Origin: an uncultured Nitrospiraceae bacterium
GTDB lineage: Bacteria > Nitrospirota > Thermodesulfovibrionia > Thermodesulfovibrionales > Dissulfurispiraceae
Reading direction: 5' to 3'
DNA: 64,000 nt
NCBI GenBank assembly: GCA_963727805.1
Contig: CAVSHF010000003.1
Coordinates: 2,397,327 to 2,461,326, forward strand
This document shows positions 42,782 through 56,157 of the stretch, piece by piece (within the stretch, counting starts at the first letter, position 1; each line of letters starts with the position of its first letter). The notes under the pieces are model-generated. The model did not search any database, was not told the DNA's origin, and saw only the letters and a program-made list of their open reading frames with translations. The position numbers were made by a program, and so were the translations under genes.

Positions 42782-43387
42782 ATGAACTGTCCTAAAAAAG
42801 TAGCCATTCTGATCTATGACGAAGTAGAATTGCTCGATTTCTGTGGCCCCTACGAGGTTTTTTCTATTGCTGGGAAGAGGGATAATGTTAATCCATTCAA
42901 GGTTTATACTGTCTCGGAAAAAGCAGAACCGAATGTGACGAGCAACAAATTGAGTATCAATCCACATTATATTTTTTCAGATTGCCCAGAACCTGACATT
43001 CTCGTCATCCCGGGCGGGCTTGGCTCGCGAAGGGAAATGAACAATAGTGTTGTTTTGGATTGGGTCGTTCGCTCTGCACAAAACGCCGAGCTTGTGCTCT
43101 CGGTATGTACCGGTGCGCTTATACTGGCCAGGGCAGGACTGCTAAAGGGTCTGTCGGCGACTACGCACCATAACGCGATCAATCTATTAAGAGAGATAGC
43201 TCCTGATACGACCGTTTATGACGACAAGCGGTTTATAGACAATGGCAAGATAATTCTATCAGCCGGCATCTCCGCTGGTATCGACATGTCGTTTTATGTC
43301 CTTGCGAAACTCCTCGGCGAAAAACAGGCGCAGGAAACTGCAGATCATATGGAATATGACTGGAAGCCAGAGTTTAATGCTCCTTAA
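42782..43387 (+). CDS. DJ-1/PfpI family protein (isonitrile hydratase-like)
   Basis: ELLDFCGPYEVF, VIPGG, SVCTGA, ATTH, SAGISAGID. Confidence 0.9.
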   Translation: MNCPKKVAILIYDEVELLDFCGPYEVFSIAGKRDNVNPFKVYTVSEKAEPNVTSNKLSINPHYIFSDCPEPDILVIPGGLGSRREMNNSVVLDWVVRSAQNAELVLSVCTGALILARAGLLKGLSATTHHNAINLLREIAPDTTVYDDKRFIDNGKIILSAGISAGIDMSFYVLAKLLGEKQAQETADHMEYDWKPEFNAP

Positions 43388-44032
43388 CGTGTATTGTCTT
43401 CCGTGTGATTATTGCGACGTTCAGTGCGAGTTGGTCTGAAAATCTTCAAAGCGTGTGACGAAGCTTTCGGTACGTCCGTCCACCCCGATTAAAGAAGTTT
43501 TAATGCAACCTTAATGTTAAGTGTTCAGCACCTCCTCAATGAAGTACTCTTTCATGCTGGCAATATGTTTCCCCGGATTTGGTCCATAGAATGACACGTG
43601 TCCGAATCGAAGTAGATTCGGTCACGATTTTCTGGCAAACTTGGGTCAGTCATAACCCATTATCGAGACAAACTGGTTTATCGCAGCGATAGTCTTGTCA
43701 CTAGGATTTTGACACCTAGCTTTTCACGGAGTGGGCGTAAAAATCATGTTATGCTATTGCGAACTGACACAGCGTTCTTCTGTTGATTGTAAATATCCGA
43801 CGCAATATAATCAGATATTTCCCGTCCTTGAATTTTGAATATCTGAAGCATATGTAACCTTTTGTAGGGGCTGATCGTCTCCTATGAAGGGTAGCGATGC
43901 GGGGAAAAAGACTTGAGTTGGTAAAGAATTATGAATGAAAATTGTCGACGGGACTAATCACGCGAGTGAGAAGGAGAGTCATGAACACTATGTTGATTGC
44001 GGGATGGTATTAAAGTGGGTATTCTGTTGAAT

Positions 44033-44350
44033 CATGGCTACTGGCGAAGTTCCTTAAGAAGGACGATGGAGCAGCGCAAGATCCTTCAATGGGCCGTGGG
44101 GCTATATACACAGCAAAAGGGTCCATCGAGGGATCATTGCGCTGCCGGCAGCTAGCCGTCATGTATCACACGGCCATGAACAGTAACTTACGGTTAATGG
44201 AAAAAGTATTGGAGCAGATGGAAAAGAGACAAAAATTGAGACAGGTTTAAGGAAAGACGCGAGGATCTAAGAGAGAGGCATGATCGCGAAGAACACCGAG
44301 CATCACAATCGTGGAGAAGGACAAAACATGAGGAAGCAGGCACTGTGATA
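44033..44350 (+). pseudogene. Decayed remnant of a hypothetical Trp/Tyr-rich protein
   Basis: Fragments HGYWRS, EGRWSSARSFNGPWGYIHSKRVHRGIIALP, TYG*WKKYWSRWKRDKN*DR interrupted by frameshifts and stops. Confidence 0.35.
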
Positions 44351-44436
44351 ACAGTTGAGGCTGCTCTGTGTTCAATTGACAAGAGTTCAAAGAAAGCTAT
44401 TAAATTAATGACACTACTCAATGCGAGGTCGGCACG

Positions 44437-45660
44437 ATGACTCTTGGTCAAGAAAGCGAAAAGGGCGAAAAGCAGTTACTATTAGGGTACACCCCATTAC
44501 GACGACGTCGATGGTGGATAGTGCTGGTGGCAGTGTGCCTTCTGGCCGTTGGCGCCTATTTCTACTTTACCTCGAGCAGCAAGTCTCAGCAGGCCAAGCA
44601 GACGGTTGTCCGCGCAGCACCGGTAGTGACTGCGGTTGCAAAAAAGAGCGATGTTAGTATTTATGTCGTAGGACTGGGCTCTGTTACGCCGCTCGCTACC
44701 GTTACAGTGAAGAGCCGAGTCGACGGAGCGTTGATGAAGGTTCTTTACAAAGAAGGGCAGATTGTCTCTAGCGGACAGCTGCTGGCCGAGATAGACCCCC
44801 GACCCTACGAAGCTCAGGTAACCCAAGCGAGTGGTCAGCTGATCCGCGACCAGGCTCTGCTCGATAATGCCATGCTGGATCTGAAGCGTTACCAACTGCT
44901 GACTGAACAGGATTCAGTGGCGAAGCAGCAACTCGATACACAGGCAGCGCTGGTTCGCCAAGATGAGGGTATTGTAAAGTTCGATCAGGGACTTCTGGAC
45001 AACGCCAAACTCCAGGTGATTTACTCGCGGATTACCGCGCCGGTGAGCGGGCGGATCGGGCTACGTCTAGTTGATCCAGGCAACATAGTTCATGCAACTG
45101 ATGCCAACGGGTTGGCGGTGATAACTCAACTGCAGCCAATTACCGTAGTATTCCCGATCCCCGAGGATAATGTCCCTGCAGTGCTCGCAAAAATGAAATC
45201 TGGTGGGCGCATTCAAGTCGATGCGTTCAACAGGGATCAGAGCCAGAAACTATCGACCGGATATCTGCTGACGATCGATAACCAGATCGATCCCACCTCA
45301 GGTACTGTGAAACTCAAGGCAGTGTTTGAGAACAAGGACAACTCACTGTTCCCCAGCCAGTTCGTCAATGCCCGCCTGCTCCTGGATACCATGCGCAATA
45401 TCACTACAGTACCGGCATCCGCCATACAAAGAAGCCCGCAGGGAACGTTTGTGTTTATAGTGAAGGAGGACAAGACAGCGTCGATGCGTGCCGTGCGAGT
45501 CGGCCCAGGTGAAGCAGATATTGTGTCGATTGAAGAGGGTCTGACACCCGGAGATGTCGTAGTGGTCGAGGGTGCGGAAAGGTTGCGGGATGGCAGCAAG
45601 GTCGAACTACCGACACAAGGGCAGGATGCCAAGGCCAACCGCAAGAGCCAGCAAAAATAG
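44437..45660 (+). CDS. mdtA: RND efflux membrane fusion protein
   Basis: [51 protein letters not shown]. Confidence 0.9.
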   Translation: MTLGQESEKGEKQLLLGYTPLRRRRWWIVLVAVCLLAVGAYFYFTSSSKSQQAKQTVVRAAPVVTAVAKKSDVSIYVVGLGSVTPLATVTVKSRVDGALMKVLYKEGQIVSSGQLLAEIDPRPYEAQVTQASGQLIRDQALLDNAMLDLKRYQLLTEQDSVAKQQLDTQAALVRQDEGIVKFDQGLLDNAKLQVIYSRITAPVSGRIGLRLVDPGNIVHATDANGLAVITQLQPITVVFPIPEDNVPAVLAKMKSGGRIQVDAFNRDQSQKLSTGYLLTIDNQIDPTSGTVKLKAVFENKDNSLFPSQFVNARLLLDTMRNITTVPASAIQRSPQGTFVFIVKEDKTASMRAVRVGPGEADIVSIEEGLTPGDVVVVEGAERLRDGSKVELPTQGQDAKANRKSQQK

Positions 45661-45663
45661 ACG

Positions 45664-48600
45664 ATGAATCCTTCGCGCACATTTATCCTGCGCCCAGTTG
45701 CGACCGCACTGCTGATGGCGGCCCTACTGCTTGCTGGCTTTGTGGCGTATTACTTGTTGCCGGTATCCGCACTGCCCCAAGTAGATTACCCGACTATACA
45801 GGTTGCCACATTTTATCCGGGTGCAAGCCCGGATGTCACCGCATCTGCAATCACTGCTCCGCTTGAGCGACAGTTCGGCCAGATGCCGGGCCTCCGGCAG
45901 ATGACGTCTACAAGCTCCGGAGGCAGCTCGGTAATCACACTCCAATTTAGTTTGGACCTCAGTCTCGATGTCGCGGAACAGGAGGTTCAGGCCTCGATTA
46001 ATGCGGGGTCGAATCTCCTGCCCCCGGATCTTCCGAATCCGCCAGTATATAGCAAGGTGAACCCGGCCGATGCGCCAGTCTTGACTCTTGCACTGACCTC
46101 AAAGACCCTTCCCCTTCCACAGATTGAAGATCTTGCCGATACACGGCTTGCGCAGAAGATATCACAGCTTTCAGGTGTCGGGCTTGTCAGTATCAGCGGA
46201 GGGCAGCGACCTGCAGTAAGAATACAAGCTAATCCAACCGCTCTGGCAGCTTATGGCCTTACACTTGAAGACCTGCGTGCAGCTCTTGCCGCCGCCAACG
46301 TCAACCGAGCCAAGGGCGGATTCGACGGCCCGCGGCAGGCGTCCATCATAGGCGCTAACGATCAGCTCCTCTCGAGCAAGGAATATCGACCCATGGTTGT
46401 CACCTACCGCAATAACGCTCCGGTGTTTGTGTCGGATGTGGCTGACGTGATCGATGATGCCGAAAATGTGCAACAGGCGGCCTGGATGAATGACTCCCCT
46501 GCGGTAATCGTCAACATACAGCGTCAGCCCGGATCAAATGTCATAGAGGTTGTTGACCGTATCAAGAAACTGTTACCTCAGCTTCAAAGTACTCTGCCGG
46601 CTGCAGTGAATGTTACGATACTGACAGACCGTACTACGACCATTCGCTCCTCTGTCAATGACGTGCAGTTCGAAATGCTGTTGGCGATCGCGCTGGTGGT
46701 GATGGTAATATTTTTGTTCCTTCGCACCTTGTCGGCAACAGTAATTCCGAGTATTGCTGTCCCGTTGTCCCTCGTCGGGACCTTCGGGATAATGTATCTG
46801 GCCGGGTTCAGCCTGAATAATCTCACGCTTATGGCACTCACCATAGCGACTGGCTTCGTAGTCGATGACGCAATAGTAATGATAGAAAATATTGTACGGT
46901 ACATCGAACAGGGGGAAACCCCACTTAAGGCCGCCCTGAAAGGCTCCGAACAGATTGCCTTTACGATTCTGTCACTTACGGTCTCCCTGATTGCGGTACT
47001 TATCCCATTGCTGTTCATGAGCGATGTGGTGGGGAGATTATTCCGCGAATTCGCCATCACACTCGGTGTCACTATCGTCATTTCGGCATTTGTTTCCCTC
47101 ACCCTTACGCCAATGATGTGCGCAAGACTACTGAAACACAAGCCCGAGGAGAAACAGAAAAAGCTCTTCAAGGCGTCCCAGCGTGTGTTTGATGATGTCA
47201 TCGCGTTCTACGGAAGAACCCTTAAATGGGTACTGAACCATCAGAAGGCAACGTTGCTGGTGGCTGCTGCGACGCTTGTTTTTACGGTGCTGCTGTACAT
47301 CATAATTCCTAAAGGATTTTTCCCTGTGCAGGACACAGGGCTTATTATGGGGATTTCGGAGGCGCCTCAGTGGAGCTCATTCACTGCCATGGCCGAGAAA
47401 CAGCAGGCTCTGGCCAGTGTCATCTTGAAAGACCCCGCGGTCCAGAGCCTCTCGACGTTCATCGGAGTGGACGGCACTAACACAACTCTCAACAGCGGGC
47501 GAGTTCTCATCAATCTGAAGCCGATGAAAGAGCGGCATCTAAGCGCCAGTGAGGTGATCCGCCGCCTCCAGCCTGAAGTCGCCAAACTCCAGGGAATCAC
47601 GCTCTTCATGCAGCCTGTGCAGGACCTCAGCGTGGAGAGCCGTGTGAGCCGCACGCAGTATCAGTATAGTCTCGAGGACCCCGATCCGGAAGAGCTAAAC
47701 AGCTGGACCCCGCGGCTGGTCGAGACTTTGAGTTCACTTCCGGAACTCCGGGACGTGAGCAGCGACCTGCAGAGCAGGGGGCTGCAGGCCATGATAACGA
47801 TCGACCGCCTTACGGCATCTCGGCTGGGGATAACACCGCAGCTAATCGACGACACTCTATATGACGCGTTCGGCCAGCGTCAAGTTTCGACTATATTTAC
47901 GCAACTAAACCAGTACCGGGTCGTCCAGGAGGTCAAACCCGAGTTCAAACTGAATCCCAGTAAACTGAAGAATCTCTACGTCCGCAGTACTAGCGGCGGG
48001 CAGGTACCTTTGAGCGCTTTTACGCAGATCAGCGAAACGACGGCGCCGCTCATCATCAGTCACCAAGGGCAGTTCCCGGCGGCGAACCTGTCTTTCAATT
48101 TAGCGCCCGATGCATCACTCGGAGAGGCTGTAAAAGCGATCGAAGCATCAAGTCAAAAAATCGGGATGCCGGCAAGCATTAGAGGCAGCTTCCAGGGCAC
48201 AGCACAGGCTTTTCGCTCCTCGCTGGCCAACGAGCCAATTCTGATCCTGGCAGCCTTGATCACAGTCTATATCGTGCTCGGCGTTCTGTATGAAAGCTAT
48301 ATACACCCCATTACAATCCTCTCCACTTTGCCCTCTGCGGGTGTAGGGGCTCTGCTTGCACTGATCATCTGCAGGACAGAATTCAGCGTCATCGCCCTAA
48401 TCGGCATCATCCTGCTGATCGGCATAGTCAAAAAGAACGGCATTATGATGGTAGATTTTGCTCTGGACGCCGAGCGCAGGGAGGGGAAGAGCCCGGTCGA
48501 TGCGATCTATCAGGCCTGCCTGTTGAGGTTCAGACCTATCATGATGACGACCATGTCGGCAATGCTGGCTGCGGTGCCTCTTGCACTGGGTTCGGGAGTC

Positions 48601-48816
48601 GGCTCGGAACTTCGTCGTCCGATGGGAATCTCGATCATAGGCGGACTTGTCTTCAGCCAGGTACTCACGCTCTATACGACCCCGGTCATTTATCTTTGGT
48701 TCGACCGATTGGCGCAACGCTTTGGCAAACAGCGTTCCACAATGAATTCAGATAATGCGAACGATCAAGAAAATTCATCATCGGAATCTGCACCGGAGTC
48801 GACAGGGGTGGAATGA
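45664..48816 (+). CDS. mdtB: RND efflux transporter subunit
   Basis: [42 protein letters not shown]. Confidence 0.92.
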   Translation: MNPSRTFILRPVATALLMAALLLAGFVAYYLLPVSALPQVDYPTIQVATFYPGASPDVTASAITAPLERQFGQMPGLRQMTSTSSGGSSVITLQFSLDLSLDVAEQEVQASINAGSNLLPPDLPNPPVYSKVNPADAPVLTLALTSKTLPLPQIEDLADTRLAQKISQLSGVGLVSISGGQRPAVRIQANPTALAAYGLTLEDLRAALAAANVNRAKGGFDGPRQASIIGANDQLLSSKEYRPMVVTYRNNAPVFVSDVADVIDDAENVQQAAWMNDSPAVIVNIQRQPGSNVIEVVDRIKKLLPQLQSTLPAAVNVTILTDRTTTIRSSVNDVQFEMLLAIALVVMVIFLFLRTLSATVIPSIAVPLSLVGTFGIMYLAGFSLNNLTLMALTIATGFVVDDAIVMIENIVRYIEQGETPLKAALKGSEQIAFTILSLTVSLIAVLIPLLFMSDVVGRLFREFAITLGVTIVISAFVSLTLTPMMCARLLKHKPEEKQKKLFKASQRVFDDVIAFYGRTLKWVLNHQKATLLVAAATLVFTVLLYIIIPKGFFPVQDTGLIMGISEAPQWSSFTAMAEKQQALASVILKDPAVQSLSTFIGVDGTNTTLNSGRVLINLKPMKERHLSASEVIRRLQPEVAKLQGITLFMQPVQDLSVESRVSRTQYQYSLEDPDPEELNSWTPRLVETLSSLPELRDVSSDLQSRGLQAMITIDRLTASRLGITPQLIDDTLYDAFGQRQVSTIFTQLNQYRVVQEVKPEFKLNPSKLKNLYVRSTSGGQVPLSAFTQISETTAPLIISHQGQFPAANLSFNLAPDASLGEAVKAIEASSQKIGMPASIRGSFQGTAQAFRSSLANEPILILAALITVYIVLGVLYESYIHPITILSTLPSAGVGALLALIICRTEFSVIALIGIILLIGIVKKNGIMMVDFALDAERREGKSPVDAIYQACLLRFRPIMMTTMSAMLAAVPLALGSGVGSELRRPMGISIIGGLVFSQVLTLYTTPVIYLWFDRLAQRFGKQRSTMNSDNANDQENSSSESAPESTGVE

Positions 48817-51800
48817 ACATCTCTAAGCCTTTTATCAACAGGCCCGTAGCGACAACGCTCCTGACGTTAGGGATGACCTTGGCTGGGCTGGTTGCGATGC
48901 GGATGCTTCCAGTGTCTCCCCTGCCTCAGGTCGACTTTCCTACCATTTCGGTGCAGGCTTCCTTGCCTGGAGCAAGCCCCGAGACAATGGCGACTTCGGT
49001 CGCTGCACCTCTAGAACGTCAATTCGGCCACATCGCCGGGGTGACGGAAATGACTTCGTCCAGTTCCCTCGGAGCGACATCTATTACACTTCAATTTGAC
49101 CTTGATCGGAATATCGACGGGGCTGCTCGTGATGTCCAGGCGGCTATCAATGCGGCACGGAGTAACCTACCTGCGGCACTTCCGTCCAATCCGACCTACC
49201 GGAAGGTAAATCCGGCTGATGCACCCATCCTTATTGCGGCGCTCCAATCAGACACTATGAGCAAAGCACAGATATACGACGTGGCTTCGACCGTTCTGGC
49301 ACAGAAACTTTCACAGATAGAGGGAGTTGGTCAGGTAATCGTCGGGGGAAGTTCCCTGCCTGCCGTCCGCGTAGAAATAAATCCTACTGCGCTGAATAAG
49401 TACGGCATAGGACTTGAGGATGTTCGCACCATGCTTGGTAAAACGAATGTGCGGCGGCCTAAAGGTCAGCTGGCGGATCGAACAAGAACCTGGGAGGTCA
49501 TGACGAATGATCAACTCTACAAGGCCGAAAAGTACAGTCCTCTTATTGTAACCTACCAAAACGGGGCGCCAGTCAGACTCTCCGACGTGGCCAGCGTCGA
49601 AGACTCGGTGGAGGATGTGCGCAACGCGGGACTTGTCAATGGCAAGCCGGCGATACCGCTGATAATTTTCAGGTCACCCGGGGCCAATATAATCGAGACG
49701 GTAGATCGGATTCGCAGCATGCTGCCGCAGCTGCAGGCGTCGATTCCCGCAGCTATTAACATGTCTATAGTCTTGGACCGGACATCGACAATCCGGAGCT
49801 CGTTGTCGCATGTTGAGCGCAATCTGGTCATATCAAGTATCCTAGTCATCCTTGTTGTCTTTGCCTTTCTGCGTAATGTCCGGGCGACCATCATTCCAAG
49901 TATCGCTGTGCCGGTTTCACTAATAAGCACTTTCGGTATTATGTATCTCTTCGGATACAGTCTGGATAATCTATCACTTATGGCGTTGACTATCGCTACC
50001 GGGTTCGTTGTCGATGACGCAATAGTAGTTCTTGAGAATATTACCCGGCACCTGGAAAATGGGGTGCCCGCCAAGCAAGCAGCTATGATGGGAGCGCGTG
50101 AGATAGGATTTACGGTTCTTTCGATCAGCATTTCACTGGTGGCGGTGTTTATTCCTATTCTGCTTATGGGCGGGATGCTAGGGCGCCTTTTCCGCGAGTT
50201 TGCGGTGACATTGTCGGCAGCCATAATGGTTTCTCTCATTATTTCTCTTACCACAACTCCGATGATGTGCGCTGCTCTACTGAGACCGGAAAAGGGTAGA
50301 TCTCATGGACGGTTCTTCAGAGCTGGAGAGCGTGTATTCGACTGGATGCACCAGCACTATGAGGTACTCCTTTCCTGGGCGTTGAGACATCCGAGACTTA
50401 TGCTAAGCGTGACACTTACAACTCTTGTGACAAGCATATGCCTGTTCATAGTGATCCCGAAGGGTTTTTTCCCTCAGCAGGATACCGGACGGCTTGTCGG
50501 GACCATTCAGGCGTCGCAGGACATCTCCTTCCAGGCCATGAAAAATAAACTTGCGGCGATCGTGGATACGATCATGCGAGATCCAGCTGTAGATACTGTA
50601 ACAGCATTCACTGGCGGAGGAGGCTCTACCAGGAATACGGGACGGATGTTCATCGCGCTTAAACCGCTCGAAGAGCGGAAACTCTCTGCAGATCAGGTGA
50701 TCGGAAGGCTGCGCAAGGGACTCGGCAGCGTGCCAGGTGCCCCCGCATATCTCCAGTCGGTACAGGACGTGCGTGTCGGAGGGAGATTGAGCGGTGCGCA
50801 ATATCAGTATACACTCCGGGGCGACAACCTTGATGAGCTTATGGCCTGGGCCCCGCGTGTAGAAGGGCAGCTTCGTTCACTGCCGGGAGTGGTCGATGTG
50901 AGCAGTGACCAGCAGGTCAAGGGACTACAGTCTATGATAGCTATAGACCGCAGCACAGCTTCCCGCCTGGGCATTAATCAACAGCTTATTGATGACACTC
51001 TTTACGATGCCTTCGGCCAGCGCCAGGTTTCGATAATATATACGCAGCTCAATCAGTACCGTGTTGTCATGGAGGTCGCCCCGGCCTACTGGCAGAGGCC
51101 TGAAACGTTGCGCGATATCTATGTCCGCACGCCTGCCGGGGTCCAAGTACCTCTGAGTGCATTCACACATTACGAGCCGACTGCCACCTCTTTGTCTATC
51201 CCACACCAAGGCCAGTTTCCCGCGGTGACGCTATCATTCAACCTAGTCCCAGGGCTGGCCCTCGGGGATGCCGTGAAAGCAATAGACGCTGCAACCCGCA
51301 AGATTGGATTGCCGACAAGCATCGGGGGTAGCTTTCAGGGTACGGCCCAGGCATTTCAGTCATCTCTTGCCAATCAGTGGCTCCTGATCCTGGCAGCCCT
51401 TCTGGCGGTGTATATCGTGCTCGGCATCCTTTATGAGAGCTATATACACCCGATAACGATTCTCTCCACGCTGCCCTCCGCAGGTGTGGGTGCGCTGCTG
51501 GCGCTTCTTGTAACTGGCACCGATCTCAGCATCATCGCCCTGATCGGTATCATCCTGCTGATCGGCATCGTGAAGAAGAACGGAATCATGATGGTCGATT
51601 TTGCACTTGAGGCCGAGCGGAAGGATGGTAAAAGCCCGCTCGATGCGATCTATCAAGCCTGCCTACTGAGGTTCCGGCCGATCATGATGACTACTATGGC
51701 AGCACTGCTCGGCGCACTGCCGCTCGCAATCGGAGGCGGGGTGGGAGCTGAACTCCGAAGGCCGCTCGGCATCGCTATCGTGGGAGGTTTGATATTCAGC

Positions 51801-51926
51801 CAGATGCTCACTTTGTTCACTACACCGGTGGTGTATCTTTATATGGACCGTTTCAGGCTTTGGGTAGATGCAAGAAAGTCGGGGAAAAGAAGGTTGATTC
51901 TAGAATCGGGAAGGAATAATTTATGA
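48813..51926 (+). CDS. mdtC: RND efflux transporter subunit
   Basis: [33 protein letters not shown]; tandem with mdtB. Confidence 0.92.
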   Translation: MNISKPFINRPVATTLLTLGMTLAGLVAMRMLPVSPLPQVDFPTISVQASLPGASPETMATSVAAPLERQFGHIAGVTEMTSSSSLGATSITLQFDLDRNIDGAARDVQAAINAARSNLPAALPSNPTYRKVNPADAPILIAALQSDTMSKAQIYDVASTVLAQKLSQIEGVGQVIVGGSSLPAVRVEINPTALNKYGIGLEDVRTMLGKTNVRRPKGQLADRTRTWEVMTNDQLYKAEKYSPLIVTYQNGAPVRLSDVASVEDSVEDVRNAGLVNGKPAIPLIIFRSPGANIIETVDRIRSMLPQLQASIPAAINMSIVLDRTSTIRSSLSHVERNLVISSILVILVVFAFLRNVRATIIPSIAVPVSLISTFGIMYLFGYSLDNLSLMALTIATGFVVDDAIVVLENITRHLENGVPAKQAAMMGAREIGFTVLSISISLVAVFIPILLMGGMLGRLFREFAVTLSAAIMVSLIISLTTTPMMCAALLRPEKGRSHGRFFRAGERVFDWMHQHYEVLLSWALRHPRLMLSVTLTTLVTSICLFIVIPKGFFPQQDTGRLVGTIQASQDISFQAMKNKLAAIVDTIMRDPAVDTVTAFTGGGGSTRNTGRMFIALKPLEERKLSADQVIGRLRKGLGSVPGAPAYLQSVQDVRVGGRLSGAQYQYTLRGDNLDELMAWAPRVEGQLRSLPGVVDVSSDQQVKGLQSMIAIDRSTASRLGINQQLIDDTLYDAFGQRQVSIIYTQLNQYRVVMEVAPAYWQRPETLRDIYVRTPAGVQVPLSAFTHYEPTATSLSIPHQGQFPAVTLSFNLVPGLALGDAVKAIDAATRKIGLPTSIGGSFQGTAQAFQSSLANQWLLILAALLAVYIVLGILYESYIHPITILSTLPSAGVGALLALLVTGTDLSIIALIGIILLIGIVKKNGIMMVDFALEAERKDGKSPLDAIYQACLLRFRPIMMTTMAALLGALPLAIGGGVGAELRRPLGIAIVGGLIFSQMLTLFTTPVVYLYMDRFRLWVDARKSGKRRLILESGRNNL

Positions 51927-53416
51927 CTCGAGTAATTGAAATTTATGGAGTGAGGGTAATGTGGAATGTTCTCACAAAAAGTATTACTGTTGGAGCCATC
52001 ATGTTTCTGACTGGGTGTACTGTAGGGCCCAATTATGTAAGACCTTCGGTCGAGATGCCACCTGCATACAAGGAAATGGAGGGTGGCGCAAGCTGGCAGA
52101 TCGCTCAGCCTAAGGATGACGTCATCCGGGGGGCATGGTGGGAGATATTTGAAGATGCGCAACTGAACGCCCTCGAAGAACAGGTCGCGATATCGAACCA
52201 GAACATTGCGGGGGCTGAAGCCCAGTACCGGCAGGCGAGTGCATTGGTCCAGGCTGCACAAGCAGCCTTCTTCCCAGTGGTAACTGCTGATGCTTCTTAT
52301 AACCGCTCCCGCACGCCGGCCTTTGGAGGAACAACTTCCGGAGTCTCTGCAAAGTCTCAGGCGACCGTATCGAATTATTTGCTAAGCGGTAATGCTTCCT
52401 GGGAGCCCGATATCTGGGGCAAGATCCGACGTTCGGTGGAGGCAAGCGAGGCGAATGCACAGGCAAGCGCAGCAGACCTTGAAGCGGTCCGCCTGAGCGT
52501 GCAGGCTCAGCTTGCGCAGGACTACTTTCAATTACGTGCATTGGATGCACAGAGACAGCTTTTCGATTCCACGGTTAAGGCCTATCAAACATTTCTTGAA
52601 CTGACAAAGAACCGATATGCTAGTGGCGTAGCATCCAGGGCGGACGTGCTACAGGCAGAGACCCAGCTGAAGACTGCAAAAGCACAGGCAATCGATATCG
52701 GCGTGCAGCGTGCGCAGCTTGAGCATGCAATAGCATTACTCGTTGGGAAACCGGCATCGGTGTTCTCAATTCAGGTCTGTCCGCTAGCGGCCTACCCACC
52801 GCCCGTGCCTTTGGGCGTACCATCCCGTCTCCTGGAACGCAGACCCGATATCGCCGCGGCAGAGAGACTTGCTGCATCTGCGAACGCCCAGATAGGGGTT
52901 GCCGAGGCAGCCTATTATCCAAACATCACCTTGACCGCGTCTGGCGGATTTGAAAGCTCAGAGCTGGCCAAGTGGCTTACATGGCCGAACCGGTTGTGGT
53001 CGGTAGGAACATCCGTTCTCGAAACCGTGTTTGATGCCGGACTGAGGGGTGCACAGACGCAACAGGCACGCGCGGCTTACGACGCCAGTGTTGCGTCCTA
53101 TCGACAGACGGTGCTCACCGGGTTTCAAGAGGTGGAAGACAACCTGGCGGCGCTGCGCATTCTTGATGAGGAAGCTATGATGCAGGATGAAGCGGTAAAG
53201 GCGGCGAGACAATCTGTCACGGTGAGTACCAACCAGTATAAGGCTGGCACCGTCAGCTACCTCGATGTCGTGACAGTTCAGACGATAGCTCTGAATAACG
53301 AAAGGACGGCCATCGATATCCTCGGGCGGCGCATGACCGCCAGCGTACTTCTTATTAAGGCTTTGGGTGGTGGATGGGACGCATCTGGGCTAAACACAAC
53401 CAGAGGCGGAAGATAA
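51923..53416 (+). CDS. Outer-membrane efflux lipoprotein (NodT/OprM family)
   Basis: [10 protein letters not shown] lipobox, [20 protein letters not shown]. Confidence 0.9.
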   Translation: MTRVIEIYGVRVMWNVLTKSITVGAIMFLTGCTVGPNYVRPSVEMPPAYKEMEGGASWQIAQPKDDVIRGAWWEIFEDAQLNALEEQVAISNQNIAGAEAQYRQASALVQAAQAAFFPVVTADASYNRSRTPAFGGTTSGVSAKSQATVSNYLLSGNASWEPDIWGKIRRSVEASEANAQASAADLEAVRLSVQAQLAQDYFQLRALDAQRQLFDSTVKAYQTFLELTKNRYASGVASRADVLQAETQLKTAKAQAIDIGVQRAQLEHAIALLVGKPASVFSIQVCPLAAYPPPVPLGVPSRLLERRPDIAAAERLAASANAQIGVAEAAYYPNITLTASGGFESSELAKWLTWPNRLWSVGTSVLETVFDAGLRGAQTQQARAAYDASVASYRQTVLTGFQEVEDNLAALRILDEEAMMQDEAVKAARQSVTVSTNQYKAGTVSYLDVVTVQTIALNNERTAIDILGRRMTASVLLIKALGGGWDASGLNTTRGGR

Positions 53417-53733
53417 ATAATAAACTTGGTAAATCTGTATTGGAGTCATGCCCCAAAGTTTTATGATACGAGAAGATACCTTGATTAGAAGAAAATTATT
53501 GTAGTTGATCAGGATGCAATCCTGTTTATAGAAGATGACCAGAAAACCGCAAGTTTTCAACCCCAGTGATGAATGGCCGTCACCGCTTGCACAAAGAAAC
53601 TCAACGCTAAAGCCCCGATAATTTCTACTATTGAGGAGGCGGGTACTGACATCTCTCACGGTATCGCAATGAACCTTTGTGGTAAAACCATCCTATCCAG
53701 AGTTAAGAGGTTTTATGCAGCCGTAAGGTTAAA

Positions 53734-54564
53734 TTATTTTTTCGATTCCCACAGGAGGATGGCGGTCTTCTTCACGCTGCCCCAGTGATAGCCGCCGATT
53801 GCTCCTGTTTTCCGGATGACCCTGTGGCATGGGATCAGGAAGGCGACAGGGTTGTGTGCAACGGCGTTCGCGACAGCGCGGACGGCCTTTGATTTGCCTA
53901 TAGAATCGGCTAGTTCCTCATATGAAACGACAGCACCTCGAGGAATCCTCAGGAGCGCCTCCCAGACCTTGATCTGAAAATTTGTCCCTTGCACGTGCAA
54001 GGGAAAGCGAGGACTATCTGCACGACGGATGAATATCTTATCGACATACGCTTTCGTGACCTTCCGGTCACAGACGATCCGCGCATTTTTCCATTGTTTT
54101 ACTAAGTCGGCGACAGCTTTATCACCCTCCCTGCTCCCAAGAAATTCGAGGCTGCATATCCCCTTATCCGTAACTGCTATAAAGCACTCACCGAAGGGAG
54201 TCGGATGAAAACCGTAACGGATGGTGATGGTATCTCCCCGCCTCCGAAATTCACTAGGTGTGGCCGCTACCATATTGATGAACAGCTCATGAAGGCGGCT
54301 TATGCTCGAAAGGCCGCTCTCATAGGCCACTTCGACAAGGCTCTGGGGATTTTTCAGAAGTTCTTTTGCATAAACGGCCGTGACGAATTGAAGAAAGCGC
54401 TTTGGACTTATCCCGGCCCAGCGTTTAAAAAGCCGTTGAAAATGGTACTCGCTAAGGCCCGCATCAGCGGAGATTTCTTTTAGAGTTGGCTGCTTCTGGA
54501 ATTTATTTTCGATGAAGAGAATCGCCCGTTCAATACGCTTATAATCATTATGAAGAGCTTTCAT
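53734..54564 (-). CDS. AraC-HTH / methylated-DNA-protein-cysteine methyltransferase fusion (Ada-like, no Zn domain)
   Basis: LSEYHFQRLFKRWAGISPK; GTNFQIKVW, IPCHRV; AGGAGG RBS before ATG 54564. Confidence 0.9.
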   Translation of the reverse strand: MKALHNDYKRIERAILFIENKFQKQPTLKEISADAGLSEYHFQRLFKRWAGISPKRFLQFVTAVYAKELLKNPQSLVEVAYESGLSSISRLHELFINMVAATPSEFRRRGDTITIRYGFHPTPFGECFIAVTDKGICSLEFLGSREGDKAVADLVKQWKNARIVCDRKVTKAYVDKIFIRRADSPRFPLHVQGTNFQIKVWEALLRIPRGAVVSYEELADSIGKSKAVRAVANAVAHNPVAFLIPCHRVIRKTGAIGGYHWGSVKKTAILLWESKK

Positions 54565-54653
54565 TGAGCACCTCCTGCTGTCATCATACCCGATGACGAA
54601 AAGAGGATCAATCCGATTCTTGCTGTGTTGCGTGCTAAGGTGTGACAGAGAGA

Positions 54654-55307
54654 CTATAATCCCATGTCCTGATTGATCAGGACTACCTTGATCCTGTTTT
54701 TCGGGAACGACTTCTCTGTAATAGTCCAAACATTGCAAATTCTGTCAGGGCTCTTACAGTTCTGGCAGAAGGAGGTTGTCACGCAGGGCGTTTTCTTGTC
54801 TAGCCTCATTGCGTTCACGGGTGCCGAATAATTCTTGATGCGAGTCATGGCACTTTCCAAATCGGTAACGAGTTTATTCCGGCCAACAAGGACAACCACG
54901 TTCTTCGGACCGAAGTTCAGGGCACCCACCCTGTTGCCCATCATGTCGAGATTGACCAACTGCCCATCTTCGGTTATAGCATTGGTCCCAGTAAAATAGA
55001 CATCGACCAATAGGGCTTGTCTGCGCCGCTCGTAAGCCTCCGCAGGCGATATAGTGGGCTCATAGGGATTGATTATCATCAGAGAAGGGTCATTCGACAG
55101 GACCTTCCCGATACCGCAAGCACCAAACGTCATTGAGCCGCCCCAGGAAATGCTCTTGGGAGCAAGCGGCGGAACGATAGTATTCAAAACAACGTCCCTG
55201 GCCTCATCAGACGACGCGACAAGAAAGACTTCGAAATTATTCGCCACAAGTTCTTCTTTGAGATCTCCCAGTCTGATGTGCCAGTAATTTTCGCCGGGGT
55301 TCTGCAT
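54654..55307 (-). CDS. LUD-domain (lactate utilization LutC-like) protein
   Basis: WGGSMT, TNAITEDGQLVNLD..GNRV, GRNK, C-terminal PC..C..C....C. Confidence 0.82.
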   Translation of the reverse strand: MQNPGENYWHIRLGDLKEELVANNFEVFLVASSDEARDVVLNTIVPPLAPKSISWGGSMTFGACGIGKVLSNDPSLMIINPYEPTISPAEAYERRRQALLVDVYFTGTNAITEDGQLVNLDMMGNRVGALNFGPKNVVVLVGRNKLVTDLESAMTRIKNYSAPVNAMRLDKKTPCVTTSFCQNCKSPDRICNVWTITEKSFPKNRIKVVLINQDMGL

Positions 55308-55560
55308 TTGACCCTCCCTTACTGTTTATTAGCTAAACGCACTGGTGGCGTAAAGCGGAGTCGGTAATCTTTCTGCAAATCCGTGTATCTGCAATCCTAT
55401 CACACTGCAAGTGAGTTTGCAATCATAGAGAATTCATCATAGAGAATTCGATCATATATTTAATATGAATTATAATTGCAACGTGATTTCAGGGGAAACT
55501 CATGTCGATTCTCCCTGCCAATATGTGGATGTTTCATACGGCGAGAGATGAGATGTAAAC

Positions 55561-56157
55561 TCAAAGTCGAGTAACTAGTTTCCCGAGCACTCTTTCGTAA
55601 TCTTCTCTGGTATCTATATCGATTATGACGCCTTCGTCTATAACCTCGACCGTTCTAACCCTTTCAGGATTTCTGTTGACAAGATCTTTTAACGTGCCTC
55701 CTTTGAAGATCTCATCGACAACATGCCTGGGGAAGAGAGTCGGATGACCGCGTTTTCCCTTATATGCGGGGATGATAATCTTGGCTGGGGCCTCGTAGTG
55801 CAGCCTGAGCAGGTTTTTTAATGTCTCCTCAGAAATCAGCGGATGATCGGAAAGGCTGACAAGGATACCGGATGTAAAAGGATTAACGGCTCTAAGGCCA
55901 ATTCTCACCGAGTTCGCCATTTCGCTGCCGAGGTCTTCGTTAAAAACAGCTTTTACCGGTAGTCCCTGCAGTGTCTTCAACAATTTCTCGCTGTTGCGTC
56001 CGAGGACTACGACAATCTCATCAATGTCCGTAGCGATAATGCTGTCGATGCAATGCCTGATGAGCGGTTTGCCGTCAAGAGGAAGAAGCTGTTTCGACTG
56101 CCCCATTCTTCTCGATGATCCCGCTGCAAGAAGAATGGCCGATACTGCTAAATGCAT
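55561..56157 (-). CDS. mocA: Molybdenum cofactor cytidylyltransferase-like protein
   Basis: LAAGSSRRMG..KQLL, DHP, GHPTLF, DIDT; next to xdhC. Confidence 0.8.
   Translation of the reverse strand: MHLAVSAILLAAGSSRRMGQSKQLLPLDGKPLIRHCIDSIIATDIDEIVVVLGRNSEKLLKTLQGLPVKAVFNEDLGSEMANSVRIGLRAVNPFTSGILVSLSDHPLISEETLKNLLRLHYEAPAKIIIPAYKGKRGHPTLFPRHVVDEIFKGGTLKDLVNRNPERVRTVEVIDEGVIIDIDTREDYERVLGKLVTRL

Noticed and set aside
43474..43490. CCGTCCACCCCG as an att duplicate of the tRNA-His 3' end
   Set aside because: Too short and gapped to exceed chance
48230..51660. Near-identical DNA stretches within mdtB and mdtC
   Set aside because: Explained by paralogy of the two RND subunits
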